From: Synechocystis sp. PCC 6803 substr. PCC-P
GTDB lineage: Bacteria > Cyanobacteriota > Cyanobacteriia > Cyanobacteriales > Microcystaceae
Assembly (NCBI RefSeq): GCF_000284455.1
Contig: NC_017039.1
Span: 2,220,001-2,252,000 of the forward strand
DNA length: 32,000 nucleotides
Direction of reading: 5' to 3'
Part shown: piece after piece, positions 14,960 through 24,692 of the stretch
How the letters are laid out: the number at the start of each line of letters is the position of its first letter
How positions within the stretch are numbered: the first letter of the stretch is position 1
Position numbers and translations under genes: made by a program
Notes under the pieces: model-generated
Databases searched by the model: none
Seen by the model: only the letters and a program-made list of their open reading frames with translations
What the model was told of the DNA's origin: nothing

Positions 14960-16015
14960 ATGACCCAATCTACAAATTTTGATGATGTTTATCCAGTACA
15001 GTGGCGAGATGATCAAGTAATTCTGATTGACCAGACCCGTTTACCTTTGGAATATAAAGAGGTGGCGATCGCCGACTATGAGGCCATGGGCCATGCGATT
15101 AAATCCATGGTAGTGCGGGGAGCACCGGCCATTGGAGTTGCGGCGGCCTACGGTATGTATTTGGGGGCCAGGAGGATTCAAACTACGGAATTAAGGGAAT
15201 TTGTGGTGCAGTTGGAATTTGTGGCGGATCAGCTACGCCAAACCCGACCCACGGCGGTAAATCTATTCTGGGCCATTGACCAGATGTTGAATGTGGCTTA
15301 CCACAGTGGCGAAAATGTGGAGCAGATTAAGGCCAATCTCCTTTCCCAAGCCCAACAAATTCAACTCGATGACCTGCGTACTTGTCAGGCGATCGGGGCG
15401 GCAGGACTTGAAGTATTACCAAGGGAACCCCATCAGTTGACTATTCTCACCCATTGCAATGCCGGCGCTTTGGCCACTGCTGGTTACGGTACGGCGATCG
15501 GGGTTATCCGGGCGGCCTGGTCTGCGGGCCGCTTGGCCAGGGTCTATGCCGATGAAACCAGACCTAGATTGCAGGGGGCGAAATTAACCGTGTGGGAATG
15601 TGTGCAGGCAGGGATTCCCGTCACCCTGATTACCGATAACATGGCCGCCCATTGCATGCAACAACAACGCATTGACGCCGTGGTGGTGGGGGCCGATCGC
15701 ATTGCGAGAAATGGCGATATAGCCAATAAGATTGGCACCTATGGCTTAGCGGTGTTGGCGAAAATGCATGCCATTCCCTTTTTTGTGGCCGCCCCATTAT
15801 CTACGGTGGATTTTGCTTTGGATGATGGTAGTCAGATTCCCATTGAAGAACGGGACCCGGTGGAAATTTACCAACCAGAAGGGAACCGCATTACCCCAGA
15901 GGGAGCAGAATTTTATAACCCGGCTTTTGATGTTACCCCCGCCAGTTTGATCACCGCCATCATTACGGAACAGGGTGCCATTGCTCCGGAAAAGTTGGCA
16001 GATCTACAGGCTTAG
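14960..16015 (+). CDS. mtnA: S-methyl-5-thioribose-1-phosphate isomerase (eIF-2B alpha/beta/delta-like family)
   Basis: 351 aa. [49 protein letters not shown] and PFFVAAP. Confidence 0.9.
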   Translation: MTQSTNFDDVYPVQWRDDQVILIDQTRLPLEYKEVAIADYEAMGHAIKSMVVRGAPAIGVAAAYGMYLGARRIQTTELREFVVQLEFVADQLRQTRPTAVNLFWAIDQMLNVAYHSGENVEQIKANLLSQAQQIQLDDLRTCQAIGAAGLEVLPREPHQLTILTHCNAGALATAGYGTAIGVIRAAWSAGRLARVYADETRPRLQGAKLTVWECVQAGIPVTLITDNMAAHCMQQQRIDAVVVGADRIARNGDIANKIGTYGLAVLAKMHAIPFFVAAPLSTVDFALDDGSQIPIEERDPVEIYQPEGNRITPEGAEFYNPAFDVTPASLITAIITEQGAIAPEKLADLQA

Positions 16016-16102
16016 TTTTGCTGTCTATTTCCCCACAAAAGTAACTTTTTCCACATTTTTAGCGATAGTTTTCCACAGAAAATTCCCCTAAGGATGCCAT
16101 CA

Positions 16103-16780
16103 CTAATCCCTGCCTAAATCCAGCATCTCGTGAATTTGGGCTTGGCAAGCTTTAGTAACCGCTTCCAATTCGGGTTTCCTATTCTTTACTGGAGGGGCGA
16201 TCGCCTTACCAATGCGAATAGTTAAAGGCACAGGATGGGGCCAGGGGGAACCGGGCTGAAAAATTTGCTCTACTCCCCCTAGGCTGACGGGAATAATGGG
16301 CACTTGGGCTTTAGCTGCAATCATGGCAGCCCCCAATTTTGGCTGGTGAATGCGGCCATCCTTTGTTCTGGTTCCCTCCAGAAAGACCCCCACTAACCAA
16401 CCATCCCCCAGCGCCGTCAAGGCGGCCCGCAATGCTCCCCGATCGCCACTGCCCCGTTTGACTGGATAGGCCCCATAGAGGCGAATGGCTGGACCCAGCA
16501 GGGGCACATTAAATAACTCTTCCTTGGCCATAAAGGCCACCGGCCGGGCCATGGCACAGGACAAAAATGGGGGGTCAAAATAACTGGCATGGTTGCTCAC
16601 CACCAAGGCCGGCCCCCGGGTTGGCACCAATTCCTGACCATATACCTGGGCCTGGAACAATCCATGGAGCAGTGGCCGCACCACCCCCCATTTCAAGCCC
16701 CGGTAGAGAGCTAAATTAAGTGACGTTTCCCTTGGGCGGGGAGCACTCAAACCACCACGATGATTAATCTCGGAATCCAC
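16103..16780 (-). CDS. plsC: 1-acyl-sn-glycerol-3-phosphate acyltransferase
   Basis: 225 aa. It has NHASYFDP (the HX4D catalytic motif), FLEGTRT (EGTR motif) and IIPVSL. Confidence 0.85.
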   Translation of the reverse strand: MDSEINHRGGLSAPRPRETSLNLALYRGLKWGVVRPLLHGLFQAQVYGQELVPTRGPALVVSNHASYFDPPFLSCAMARPVAFMAKEELFNVPLLGPAIRLYGAYPVKRGSGDRGALRAALTALGDGWLVGVFLEGTRTKDGRIHQPKLGAAMIAAKAQVPIIPVSLGGVEQIFQPGSPWPHPVPLTIRIGKAIAPPVKNRKPELEAVTKACQAQIHEMLDLGRD

Positions 16781-17064
16781 TGAGCTTTCCCGGAAAATAC
16801 TTGCCTCAACACTTTATCAAAACCATGGCGAGTAAATCCCCGTGCCAATGGCGGCAGCTTCTATCTTTGGAATCCATGGGAGGAGCCAGCATTGCCCGCC
16901 GAAAACTGGACTAACTGGATACTTCCGCCCCAAGTCGTGCAGATGATGGCAAGGAAAATTAAGCAAAACGCTTTTCCATAACTCATATTGGGGGTGGGAG
17001 AATGGAATTTTTGCCTCCATACTAGTTCCGGCTCCTCTGTTCTCGTTTCTCCGCTTTTACTTCC

Positions 17065-19074
17065 ATGAATGCCCATGAAATTGCCCTGACCCTGCAAAAG
17101 GGACTTAAAGCCCTGCAAAATCAAGAATATCAGTCGGCGATCGAGGCTTTAGAAATGGTTTGCCGCCGGGTGCCCCAGCAGGAATCCCCCGAATTTCTCA
17201 AAGCTCAGATGGCCTTAGTGAGGGCCTACAGAGCCATAGGGAGATTTGATCAGTCCCGGGAAATCTGCGAATACTTAACCCGGAACCCAAACCCAGAGGT
17301 ACAAAATTGGGCTAAAACGATGATGCTGATGCTCCTTAAACAGGAGAATGGGGCTGAAGGGGAAGCGGATGAGGATGTACTGTCCACTAATTTGAAAGCC
17401 GGTCGAGCGGAAAATAATCGGGTTAAGGTGGCTTTGCCCAGGGTAGCGGATAGTTTGCCTTTTATCTTCGGTATGGGCCTCTTGGTTCCCCTTTTAACCA
17501 CTTCTGTATTGTTTACACCGCTGGCTTGGTGGCTGGCCCAGGGACAGTGGCAAAAGTTGCTGGCCATTAGTCTGGGGCTGGGCATTGTGGTTAATTTCCT
17601 GGCCTTGTTTTACAACGTCCCCATAATTGATTTGATCAATCGACGTATTTATGGCACCCAATGGGTCAACCTTGGCGCAGTGCAAAAATATAGCCCCGAA
17701 GCCGGGGAATTAATGTTGCGGGTGGCCAGGGCAAAGACTTTTCCCATTCCTAAGCTGGGGATTATTCCCGATAATCGTCCCGTTATGTTTACCTATGGCG
17801 TGCAACAAAACAATAGTCGTGTTGTGCTCAGTCAGGGGATTTTTCGTTATCTAAGCGCCGAAGAAATTGCCACCCTCCTGGGTCATGAATTGGCCCACAT
17901 TGTCCGCCGGGATTGCGCCCTATTGACCTGTATGAGCGGTTGGGGACAGGTATTTTACTGGTTATACTGTGAGCTACAAATGGCCCGGACTTCCCAGCCG
18001 GCGATCGCCAAGATATTGATCACCCCGTTGGTGTGGATTTGCTTGGCCATGTTTCGCATTAACCAGGGGTCCAACCGTTACTTTGCCCGCACAAGGGAAT
18101 ATTACGCTGACCACTTTTCCGTCAACTACACTGGTAACCCCAACGCCTTAACTCGTGCCCTAGTGAAAATGACCAGGGCTTTGGTAAAACGGGAAAGACA
18201 AGCAGAGAAACCAGCCTTATTTCTGGAAGGTATGCGCAACTTTGCTAACTATGATGCCTACACAGCGTCGGCCTGTGAACGGGGAGAAAGATTTGATCCG
18301 AAGATGGTGGGCAATCTACTCCTCTGGGACTGGGGCAGTCCCTGGCGGGGCATTATTACCTGGTGTAGTTCCCATCCCCTTTTAGGTAAGAGGCTCCAGG
18401 TGTTGAGTCATTACGCCGAACAGTTAGACCTGGACACGGAATATAACCTAGTGCTCAGCCGTCGACAAATCTCCCTGGAAGAAGCAAAAAAAAGAGCTTT
18501 ATCCTTTTATCTTGAGGTACTTATTTGGCTGCTGCCCCTCTGGTTTGCCCTGGGCTTGGGCTGGTGGACCCAACAGGAAAACCCCGTTCTTAAACTGCAT
18601 CTACACCAAGCCATACTGGTGGGTCTAGGGGCGGGCATCTTACTGCGTACTGCCTGGCAAAGTTTGGGGCAAAGGAAAGTGGCGGCCCCCACCGTAGTGA
18701 GTGTGCTCAGCGACCCTAATTTAAGTCCCATCTGGGGTACCCAGGTTAATTGGCAAGGTAAATTCCGCCTGGTGCAAGCTAGTGTTTGGAGAGCGCCCAA
18801 ATTGTATTTTCATGACCGCACCGGGGTAATTCCTGTGCGTTATCCTTTCTGGACTAGACTGTTGCCTCCTTTTCGTTCTCCCCAGATCCGCCTAGAGGCG
18901 ATCGCCTTGGGGTCAGTAAAAGTCAGCGGCATGGTGGTGCGGGGTTTATCGCCCCAGTTACAACTTGCCACGATCGCCAACGAAGAAGGCCAAATGTTGA
19001 TTGGTTATCCCCTTTTCCTTGCCTGGGCAGGGGGATTGTTATTGGTCTTATTGGGGATTTTGATCCCAGGGTAA
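17065..19074 (+). CDS. Membrane-bound M48-family zinc metalloprotease with an N-terminal TPR-like region
   Basis: 669 aa. It has HELAH within LLGHELAHIVRRD and a downstream EYYADHFS (Glu ligand region). There are multiple TM segments before and after the protease domain, and an N-terminal helical repeat (LQNQEYQSAIEALEMV...AYRAIGRFDQSREICEYL). Confidence 0.75.
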   Translation: MNAHEIALTLQKGLKALQNQEYQSAIEALEMVCRRVPQQESPEFLKAQMALVRAYRAIGRFDQSREICEYLTRNPNPEVQNWAKTMMLMLLKQENGAEGEADEDVLSTNLKAGRAENNRVKVALPRVADSLPFIFGMGLLVPLLTTSVLFTPLAWWLAQGQWQKLLAISLGLGIVVNFLALFYNVPIIDLINRRIYGTQWVNLGAVQKYSPEAGELMLRVARAKTFPIPKLGIIPDNRPVMFTYGVQQNNSRVVLSQGIFRYLSAEEIATLLGHELAHIVRRDCALLTCMSGWGQVFYWLYCELQMARTSQPAIAKILITPLVWICLAMFRINQGSNRYFARTREYYADHFSVNYTGNPNALTRALVKMTRALVKRERQAEKPALFLEGMRNFANYDAYTASACERGERFDPKMVGNLLLWDWGSPWRGIITWCSSHPLLGKRLQVLSHYAEQLDLDTEYNLVLSRRQISLEEAKKRALSFYLEVLIWLLPLWFALGLGWWTQQENPVLKLHLHQAILVGLGAGILLRTAWQSLGQRKVAAPTVVSVLSDPNLSPIWGTQVNWQGKFRLVQASVWRAPKLYFHDRTGVIPVRYPFWTRLLPPFRSPQIRLEAIALGSVKVSGMVVRGLSPQLQLATIANEEGQMLIGYPLFLAWAGGLLLVLLGILIPG

Positions 19075-19210
19075 ACTGAGATTGCTCACTGCCAGATGAT
19101 TTAGAACGGAACCAACCCCCAACTTCCCCCAGTCAGGGAAATTAGTTTGGTTTCCCTTTAAACCTGTGCCACAATTTCCCATGGGTTTTTGCATTGTAAG
19201 GAGAATTAAT

Positions 19211-20614
19211 TTGCGTTTTGCCTCCATTTTGGCCCTGGCTATTCCCCTCAACCTAGTTGCCTCTAGCCTAACCGCCGCTCCTTTGACCAATGGAGAATGC
19301 CTACTTCTGGCCCAAGCAAGCCAACGGAGAAATGTTGGCTCCATCGGCGCACCGGGGGCAAGGGGCGTGGATGGCCAGGACGGTGCCAACACCGATGACC
19401 TAACGGTTTTCAGTGACGGTTCCCCCATGACCCTTAACCTAGCCGGTAGGGATGGGGCTCCGGGGACTCCTGGCGCAGAGGGCTCTCCAGCCAATTGTCC
19501 TGCTTTGGATACCAGCCAGCGGCAAGACGTGCAAATGGCCAATGGCAGTGACGGTGGGGATGGCGGTGATGGGGGGAACGGTGGCAATGGCGGTTCTATC
19601 ACTATCTACACTCGCAACCTCGACAGTCTCAACCAAATTTTTGTCGGGGCCGCTGGCGGTAAAGGGGGCGCTCCGGGTATGGGAGGGGGCGGAGGCCAAG
19701 CCTGCCAATGTAGCCAGCCCTATTGGACTGTGGAAAGTTGTTCTGGCCGTCCGGGGGATAGTGGCTACCGTTGTTCCACCGAAGAATTTCGTTGTTTTAA
19801 TGGTCTTAATGGCCGGGATGGGCGATCAGGTATTGCCGGGCAGGACGGTTTAACTGGGCGGTTGACAGTGCTGAATCTAGACCGACCCTTGGAGCCGGAT
19901 CGACCTGGTACTACGGTGAGCTTAGATGTGTTGAAAAATCAGGGCTTCAATCTGTCCAAAAATATTTGGGAAACTCGCCCAGGGGCAGCCCAATTGTTGG
20001 CCCCAGGTTCCGTCATTGCCGACGAGTATTTAATTTTATTAGACCGGATAGAAAGATCTTTTTTGGTGGTGTGGAATGCCCCCCAACCTTTTGAGCGTTT
20101 TGCCAATACCAATGTGAGTTTAACCCTAACGGAAGATAATCAAATTGCGCCGGAGTTGCCAAGCAATCTTTGGTTGGAAGGTACCACCCAGCAGAGAAAT
20201 AATGTCACCGAATTTGTGGTTTATAATGCCATGTGGGAAGGGGATGCCACTAGTTTAGGGCGTTTAACCTTATCCGGTAGTGGGAATAATTTAAAGCTTT
20301 CTTTGGTAGATGAAGCCAATCAATCCAATTTAATGGCCACCAAGTTTAGGCTCAGATATCGAGTTACTAATGAAGACCCCAGGTTTCGCCCTCCCTCTAC
20401 CTATACTCTGCGTTATGAAGGGGAAATCGAAGATAGTTTGGTCACGGTTAATGGCAATCAATTCACCATTGATATTGGTCAGTTACCAATTCCCCCTAAA
20501 GATTTGGAATCCGGTACTGGAGTAGAAATTGAGCTGGTGGCGGAAAGAACTTTTTCCGGTAACACCGCTGAACAAAAGCTGATCATTCGAGATTTAATTC
20601 GAGGTAGAAATTAA
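19211..20614 (+). CDS. Secreted collagen-like / Gly-rich repeat protein with a C-terminal domain of unknown fold
   Basis: A TTG at 19211 lies 7 nt after AAGGAGA and gives the signal peptide (M)RFASILALAIPLNLVASSLTA. The ORF is open from a GTG at 19166. Several short G-X-Y runs and GGD/GGN runs occupy 19346-19861, followed by about 250 aa with no motif I recognise. Confidence 0.7.
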   Translation: MRFASILALAIPLNLVASSLTAAPLTNGECLLLAQASQRRNVGSIGAPGARGVDGQDGANTDDLTVFSDGSPMTLNLAGRDGAPGTPGAEGSPANCPALDTSQRQDVQMANGSDGGDGGDGGNGGNGGSITIYTRNLDSLNQIFVGAAGGKGGAPGMGGGGGQACQCSQPYWTVESCSGRPGDSGYRCSTEEFRCFNGLNGRDGRSGIAGQDGLTGRLTVLNLDRPLEPDRPGTTVSLDVLKNQGFNLSKNIWETRPGAAQLLAPGSVIADEYLILLDRIERSFLVVWNAPQPFERFANTNVSLTLTEDNQIAPELPSNLWLEGTTQQRNNVTEFVVYNAMWEGDATSLGRLTLSGSGNNLKLSLVDEANQSNLMATKFRLRYRVTNEDPRFRPPSTYTLRYEGEIEDSLVTVNGNQFTIDIGQLPIPPKDLESGTGVEIELVAERTFSGNTAEQKLIIRDLIRGRN

Positions 20615-20645
20615 CCTGGAATTAAGCCTTTCCCCCAATCCCTAG

Positions 20646-20963
20646 CAATTTTCCCGCAGTCAGTACAACCAAGATTGGCTCGCTTGGGTTAGGCAGGGCA
20701 TTATTGACGAAGTGGTGGTGCAGGTTTACGGTTCTACTCCGGCGGAAGTGCAACAAACCGTTGCCAATTCTGGTATTCATACTGCCTCCCGTTACGTGCC
20801 CGTGGGCATTGGCCTCTACACCGGCATTAAAGCTAAACCATTTAATTTGCAAGCCGTCCAAAACCAGGTTAAGGCTGTGAAAGAGCAAAATCTAGGTCAT
20901 TCTCTTTTTGTCTGGGAATTTTTAGTGTTGAGAACAATCAACGCCCATCTCAATGTTCTGTAA
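20646..20963 (+). pseudogene. 5'-truncated remnant of a GHL10 (DUF187, glycoside-hydrolase-like 10) family gene
   Basis: The frame is open from 20646 with no credible start. YNQDWLAWVRQGIIDEVVVQVY...VPVGIGLYTG...VQNQVKAVKEQNLGHSLFVWE resembles the last ~100 aa of cyanobacterial GHL10 proteins, which are normally 400-500 aa. Confidence 0.45.
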
Positions 20964-21075
20964 GGGTTCTATAAAAATTGTGAGAAACTCCCCTGGGCAA
21001 AGGAGCCATAGCTAGTGTTAGACTCCAGCCTTTTTTTTCCCAAGCTTTCCTTCGTTATTTTTTTCTCTTTAGTCC

Positions 21076-21555
21076 CTAAATTTCCCCTGGATTGAGGGGA
21101 ATCATGGCCCAGGTGACATAGGTGCCAATGGGGCTCCAAAGCAAAAACGGTACTAAGAAACCAAAAGCAGTGGTGGAAACTTGACTAACGGCGATCACCA
21201 GGGCGAGCCCCACAAAGAAACCTGTCGCACCAATAATACTGCCCACCCTTAAACTCCGGAGTTTACACATCACGGGGGTGTAGGCCATGACAGTCAATTC
21301 CAGCAGAAGATAGCCGACCATTAATCCCCAGCGATGTCCCGGGTCCGCCGTGGCATTCCAGGCTAGGGTAGCGGAAATGGCTCCAGCAATGAAAATGGCA
21401 ATCCAGATGAAGGGGATGGCCCACTCAAAAGTTAGCCAAGAAGGGCGACGCAGGCGATTGAACCAACGCAAATCCCTGGGGGATAAACGGTTACACACAA
21501 AGGCTAGGGCAAAAGCGATCAACCCAATCCATAGCCAAGCTGGAATCATAAACAC
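21076..21555 (-). CDS. TspO/MBR-like tryptophan-rich membrane protein (divergent)
   Basis: 159 aa with five hydrophobic segments. WFNRLRRPSWLTFEWAIPFIWIAIFIAGAISATLAW and the C-terminal FLVPFLLWSPIGTYVTWAM match the TspO pattern (WY..L.KP.w.P..w.F..vW..LY ... PYl.W). Confidence 0.55.
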   Translation of the reverse strand: MFMIPAWLWIGLIAFALAFVCNRLSPRDLRWFNRLRRPSWLTFEWAIPFIWIAIFIAGAISATLAWNATADPGHRWGLMVGYLLLELTVMAYTPVMCKLRSLRVGSIIGATGFFVGLALVIAVSQVSTTAFGFLVPFLLWSPIGTYVTWAMIPLNPGEI

Positions 21556-21628
21556 TTTCCATTAACTTGTGCAAATTCTATCATCGCCCCCTGGCTGAGA
21601 TCGGTGATATCGGTGGCATTATCAACAC

Positions 21629-21637
21629 TGGTATAAT
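21629..21637 (+). promoter_or_regulatory. Candidate extended -10 promoter element (TGGTATAAT) for kaiC3
   Basis: TGnTATAAT lies 40 nt upstream of the kaiC3 ATG. There is no good -35, as expected for extended -10 promoters. Pattern match only. Confidence 0.3.
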
Positions 21638-21676
21638 TCCCGTTGGTTCCGAATACGAGTATGGGGCAGTGAAAGG

Positions 21677-23194
21677 ATGATCGACCAAGAGACAGATGGC
21701 ATTGAGAAGTTGGAGACGGGTATTCCAGGCTTTGATTTTCTGTCCGACGGTGGTCTCCCCCTCGGCCGCGCCACCCTAATTGCCGGCACAGCAGGTAGTG
21801 CTAAAACTATTTTTGCTTCCCAATTTTTAGTCGAAGGTATTCAGCGGGGGGAAAACGGTGTTTTTGTCACTTTTGAGGAACCCCCCAAGGCCCTACGGAA
21901 AAATATGCGGGGTTTTGGTTGGGATATTCAACAATGGGAAAACGAAGGTAAATGGGTTTTTGTCGATGCTTCCCCCCAACCAGGCGATCGCCCCATTGTC
22001 AGCGGTGAATATGACCTAGGGGCCTTGATTGCCCGCATTGAACACGCTGTCCGTAAATATAAAGCCAGTCGCATTTCCCTCGATTCCCTGGGGGCAATTT
22101 TTAGTCACCTCAGTGACAGTGCCCAGGTGCGCAGTGACCTATTCCGCTTGGCCTCTGCCCTCCGGGAACTGGGAGTCACCGCCATTATGACCGCCGAACG
22201 GGTGGAAGAATACGGTGAAATTAGCCGTTACGGAGTGGAAGAATTTGTTGCTGATAACGTGGTCATTGTCCGCAACGTCCTCGCCGATGAAAAACGTCGT
22301 CGCACCATCGAGATCCTTAAATACCGTGGCACCGACCACCAAAAGGGCGAATTTCCCTTCACTATCATTAATAAAAAAGGCATCGTCATCATTCCCCTGT
22401 CGGCGATCGAGCTGGAGCAAAAATCCTCCGACATCCGCATCACCTCCGGCAGTGAAGAATTAGACCGCATGTGTGGCAGTGGCTTCTTCCGGGATTCGAT
22501 TATTTTAGTCTCCGGGGCAACGGGTACTGGTAAAACCCTGATGGTGACGGAGTTTATGGACGGCGGCGTGGCCAATGGAGAGCGCTGTTTAGTTTTTGCC
22601 TTTGAGGAAAGTCGAGAACAATTAATTCGCAATGCCACCGGCTGGGGGGTAGATTTCAAACAAATGGAAAAGGAAGGCAAACTAAAAGTGGTTTGTCGCT
22701 ATCCAGAAACCACCAACTTGGAAAACCACCTGATCATGATGAAGGATATTATCCAAGAATTTAAGCCCAATCGGGTGGCGGTGGACAGTCTTTCTGCCCT
22801 AGAACGGGTTTCCACCCTAAAAAGTTTTCGCGAATTTATTATTGGCTTAACTTCCTTTATTAAACAACAGGAAATTGGTGGTTTATTCACTTCCACTACC
22901 CCCAATTTACTAGGGGGAGCTTCCATTACCGATGCCCATATTTCCACCATTACCGATTCGATTATTCTTTTGCGTTACGTGGAAATGTATGGCGAAATGC
23001 GCCGGGGAATTACGGTGCTAAAGATGCGGGGTTCTATGCACGACAAAGATATCCGGGAATTTTCCATTGACCATCAAGGGATGCACATTGGTAAACCTTT
23101 CCGTAATGTCACCGGCATTCTGGCCGGGACCCCCATGTACACAGCCCAGAGTGAGGTGGAAAGATTGAGCGGTTTATTCGATGAGAAAATATAG
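21677..23194 (+). CDS. kaiC3: KaiC-family double RecA-like ATPase (KaiC3-type paralogue)
   Basis: 505 aa with two domains. P-loops are GTAGSAKT (CI) and GATGTGKT (CII). Catalytic EE pairs are TFEEPP and AFEESRE. The phospho-site region is [24 protein letters not shown]. No kaiA or kaiB is adjacent. Confidence 0.9.
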   Translation: MIDQETDGIEKLETGIPGFDFLSDGGLPLGRATLIAGTAGSAKTIFASQFLVEGIQRGENGVFVTFEEPPKALRKNMRGFGWDIQQWENEGKWVFVDASPQPGDRPIVSGEYDLGALIARIEHAVRKYKASRISLDSLGAIFSHLSDSAQVRSDLFRLASALRELGVTAIMTAERVEEYGEISRYGVEEFVADNVVIVRNVLADEKRRRTIEILKYRGTDHQKGEFPFTIINKKGIVIIPLSAIELEQKSSDIRITSGSEELDRMCGSGFFRDSIILVSGATGTGKTLMVTEFMDGGVANGERCLVFAFEESREQLIRNATGWGVDFKQMEKEGKLKVVCRYPETTNLENHLIMMKDIIQEFKPNRVAVDSLSALERVSTLKSFREFIIGLTSFIKQQEIGGLFTSTTPNLLGGASITDAHISTITDSIILLRYVEMYGEMRRGITVLKMRGSMHDKDIREFSIDHQGMHIGKPFRNVTGILAGTPMYTAQSEVERLSGLFDEKI

Positions 23195-23232
23195 TCAATT
23201 CTTCCCTTTGTAAACCTGGAGGCAATCAATCC

Positions 23233-23409
23233 ATGCAGTGGCAAGAATCTTTACCCTGGACCCCCGAAGCTCGGCAAAAGTTGAAGAATATTCCCTATTT
23301 TGCCCGGGTGCAAGCCCGTCAGCGCATTGAGCAGTTAGCTCGGCAGGCCGATCTAGATGAGGTCACTGTGGATTTGGTAGAACAAGCCCGTCTGGAGTTT
23401 GGCCAATGA
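23233..23409 (+). CDS. PCP_red-domain mini-protein (related to the ChlB/BchB C-terminal domain), 58 aa
   Basis: Not in the supplied ORF track (<60 aa). The ATG at 23233 has GGAGG 11 nt upstream and the stop is TGA at 23407-23409. [58 protein letters not shown] matches the W.peAe..L..iPfFvR...r..iE..A...g...iT pattern of PCP reductase family proteins. Confidence 0.65.
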   Translation: MQWQESLPWTPEARQKLKNIPYFARVQARQRIEQLARQADLDEVTVDLVEQARLEFGQ

Positions 23410-23524
23410 GTTGGTCTGACTTTTGGGGCTAAACTCACAGGTAAATCCCATTTCACCATGCATGGTTACAAATTCACCAAGCCGGTCTGACATCAGTGTT
23501 TACAATGGCGATCGCCAGGGGCCA

Positions 23525-24457
23525 ATGTATTCTCTGATTGTGCCCATTTATAACGAAGAAGATAATATTCCCGTGTTATATGAGCGGCTCAAGGCAGTCA
23601 TGGATCAATTGGCAAGTACGGAACTAGTGCTGATTAATGATGGCAGCGGCGATCGATCCTTAGAAATGATTCGGGCTTTGCATGATCAGGATAAACGGGT
23701 CTGTTACCTTAGTTTTGCCCGTAACTTTGGTCATCAAGTGGCGGTGACGGCGGGGCTAAACTTCGCCCGGGGCCAGGCGGTGATTATTCTCGATGCGGAT
23801 TTGCAAGATCCCCCCGAATTGGTGCCCCAATTGGTGGAAAGGTGGCAAGCAGGCTACAGCGTGGTCTATGCCCAACGGGTTAAACGTCGGCAGGAAAGCT
23901 GGTTTAAGCGGCTAACGGCCTATGGGTTCTACCGACTATTGCAACGGTTAGCAGATGTAAGAATTCCGGCGGACACGGGGGATTTTTGCCTGATGGACCG
24001 CCAAGTGGTGGATTTGCTCAACACCATGCCGGAAAGAAATCGTTATATTCGGGGATTAAGGGCCTGGGTTGGCTTTCCCCAAACCGGCGTTAAATTTGAA
24101 CGGGATCCTCGCCATGCCGGGGAAGTGAAATACACTTTTCGTAAATCTCTCCGTTTAGCCATTAACAGTCTGGTTTCCTTTTCCATTGTGCCCCTGCGTT
24201 TGGCCACCTACCTAGGACTTTTAGCCGCTCTCCTAGCCATAGCTATGATGATATTAGTTTTATACTGGCGCTTATCGGAAACCAATTCCCCTTTGGATGG
24301 GTTTGCCACAGTGGTCATCGCTAATCTATTTTTTGGTGCAGTTCAGCTAATTTGCATTGGCATTTTAGGGGAATACATTGGCAGAATTTACGATGAAGTC
24401 AAAGGGAGGCCTCTGTATACTTTGGCAGAGATGGCTGGCTTTGAACAACTTCTTTAG
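23525..24457 (+). CDS. Family 2 glycosyltransferase (DPM1/ArnC-like, polyprenyl-phosphate sugar transferase type)
   Basis: [19 protein letters not shown], the DADLQDPPE (DXD) motif and two C-terminal TM helices. The ORF is open from 23423, with alternative ATGs at 23462 and 23525. The start at 23525 gives a typical GT2 N-terminus. Confidence 0.8.
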
Positions 24458-24692
24458 AGTCTGTTTAAAAAGTCTAAAAATTGTCTCACTACCCCCATGA
24501 TTTACCTTGGAAAGGAGAAAAATTCTTAAACCCAACCCTTTTCAAAGGGGATTAGATAACGGTAAATACAACCTTTGAAAACTGCCCTTAAAACGCAATT
24601 TTTAGCAATAAAAACTATCCTCACCCAATCAACTCTTCACCCTGACATCAGATTGGTCAACAACTAATTTTTCCAACTATTTTTCCAATACC

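Noticed and set aside
16817-17124. 67-aa and 87-aa minus-strand ORFs between plsC and the M48 protease gene
   Set aside because: They overlap each other and the M48 start region in a divergent promoter spacer. They have no SD or motif support.
19048-19602. 184-aa Pro-rich minus-strand ORF (PPLPPFPPSPPSPPSLP...)
   Set aside because: It mirrors the GGN/GAT-rich codons of the plus-strand collagen-like gene. It has no start context and lies antisense to a much longer ORF with a signal peptide.
20622-20888. 88-aa minus-strand ORF
   Set aside because: It is antisense to the frame that shows GHL10-like similarity. It has no start context.
20990-21045. T8 run at 21033-21040, considered as a terminator tail
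   Set aside because: I could find no convincing GC-rich stem immediately upstream. Only a 4-bp GGAG/CTCC pairing is present.
22139-22950. Minus-strand ORFs (93, 150 and 83 aa) and a plus-strand 82-aa ORF inside kaiC3
   Set aside because: These are shadow or alternative-frame ORFs inside a full-length KaiC-family gene.
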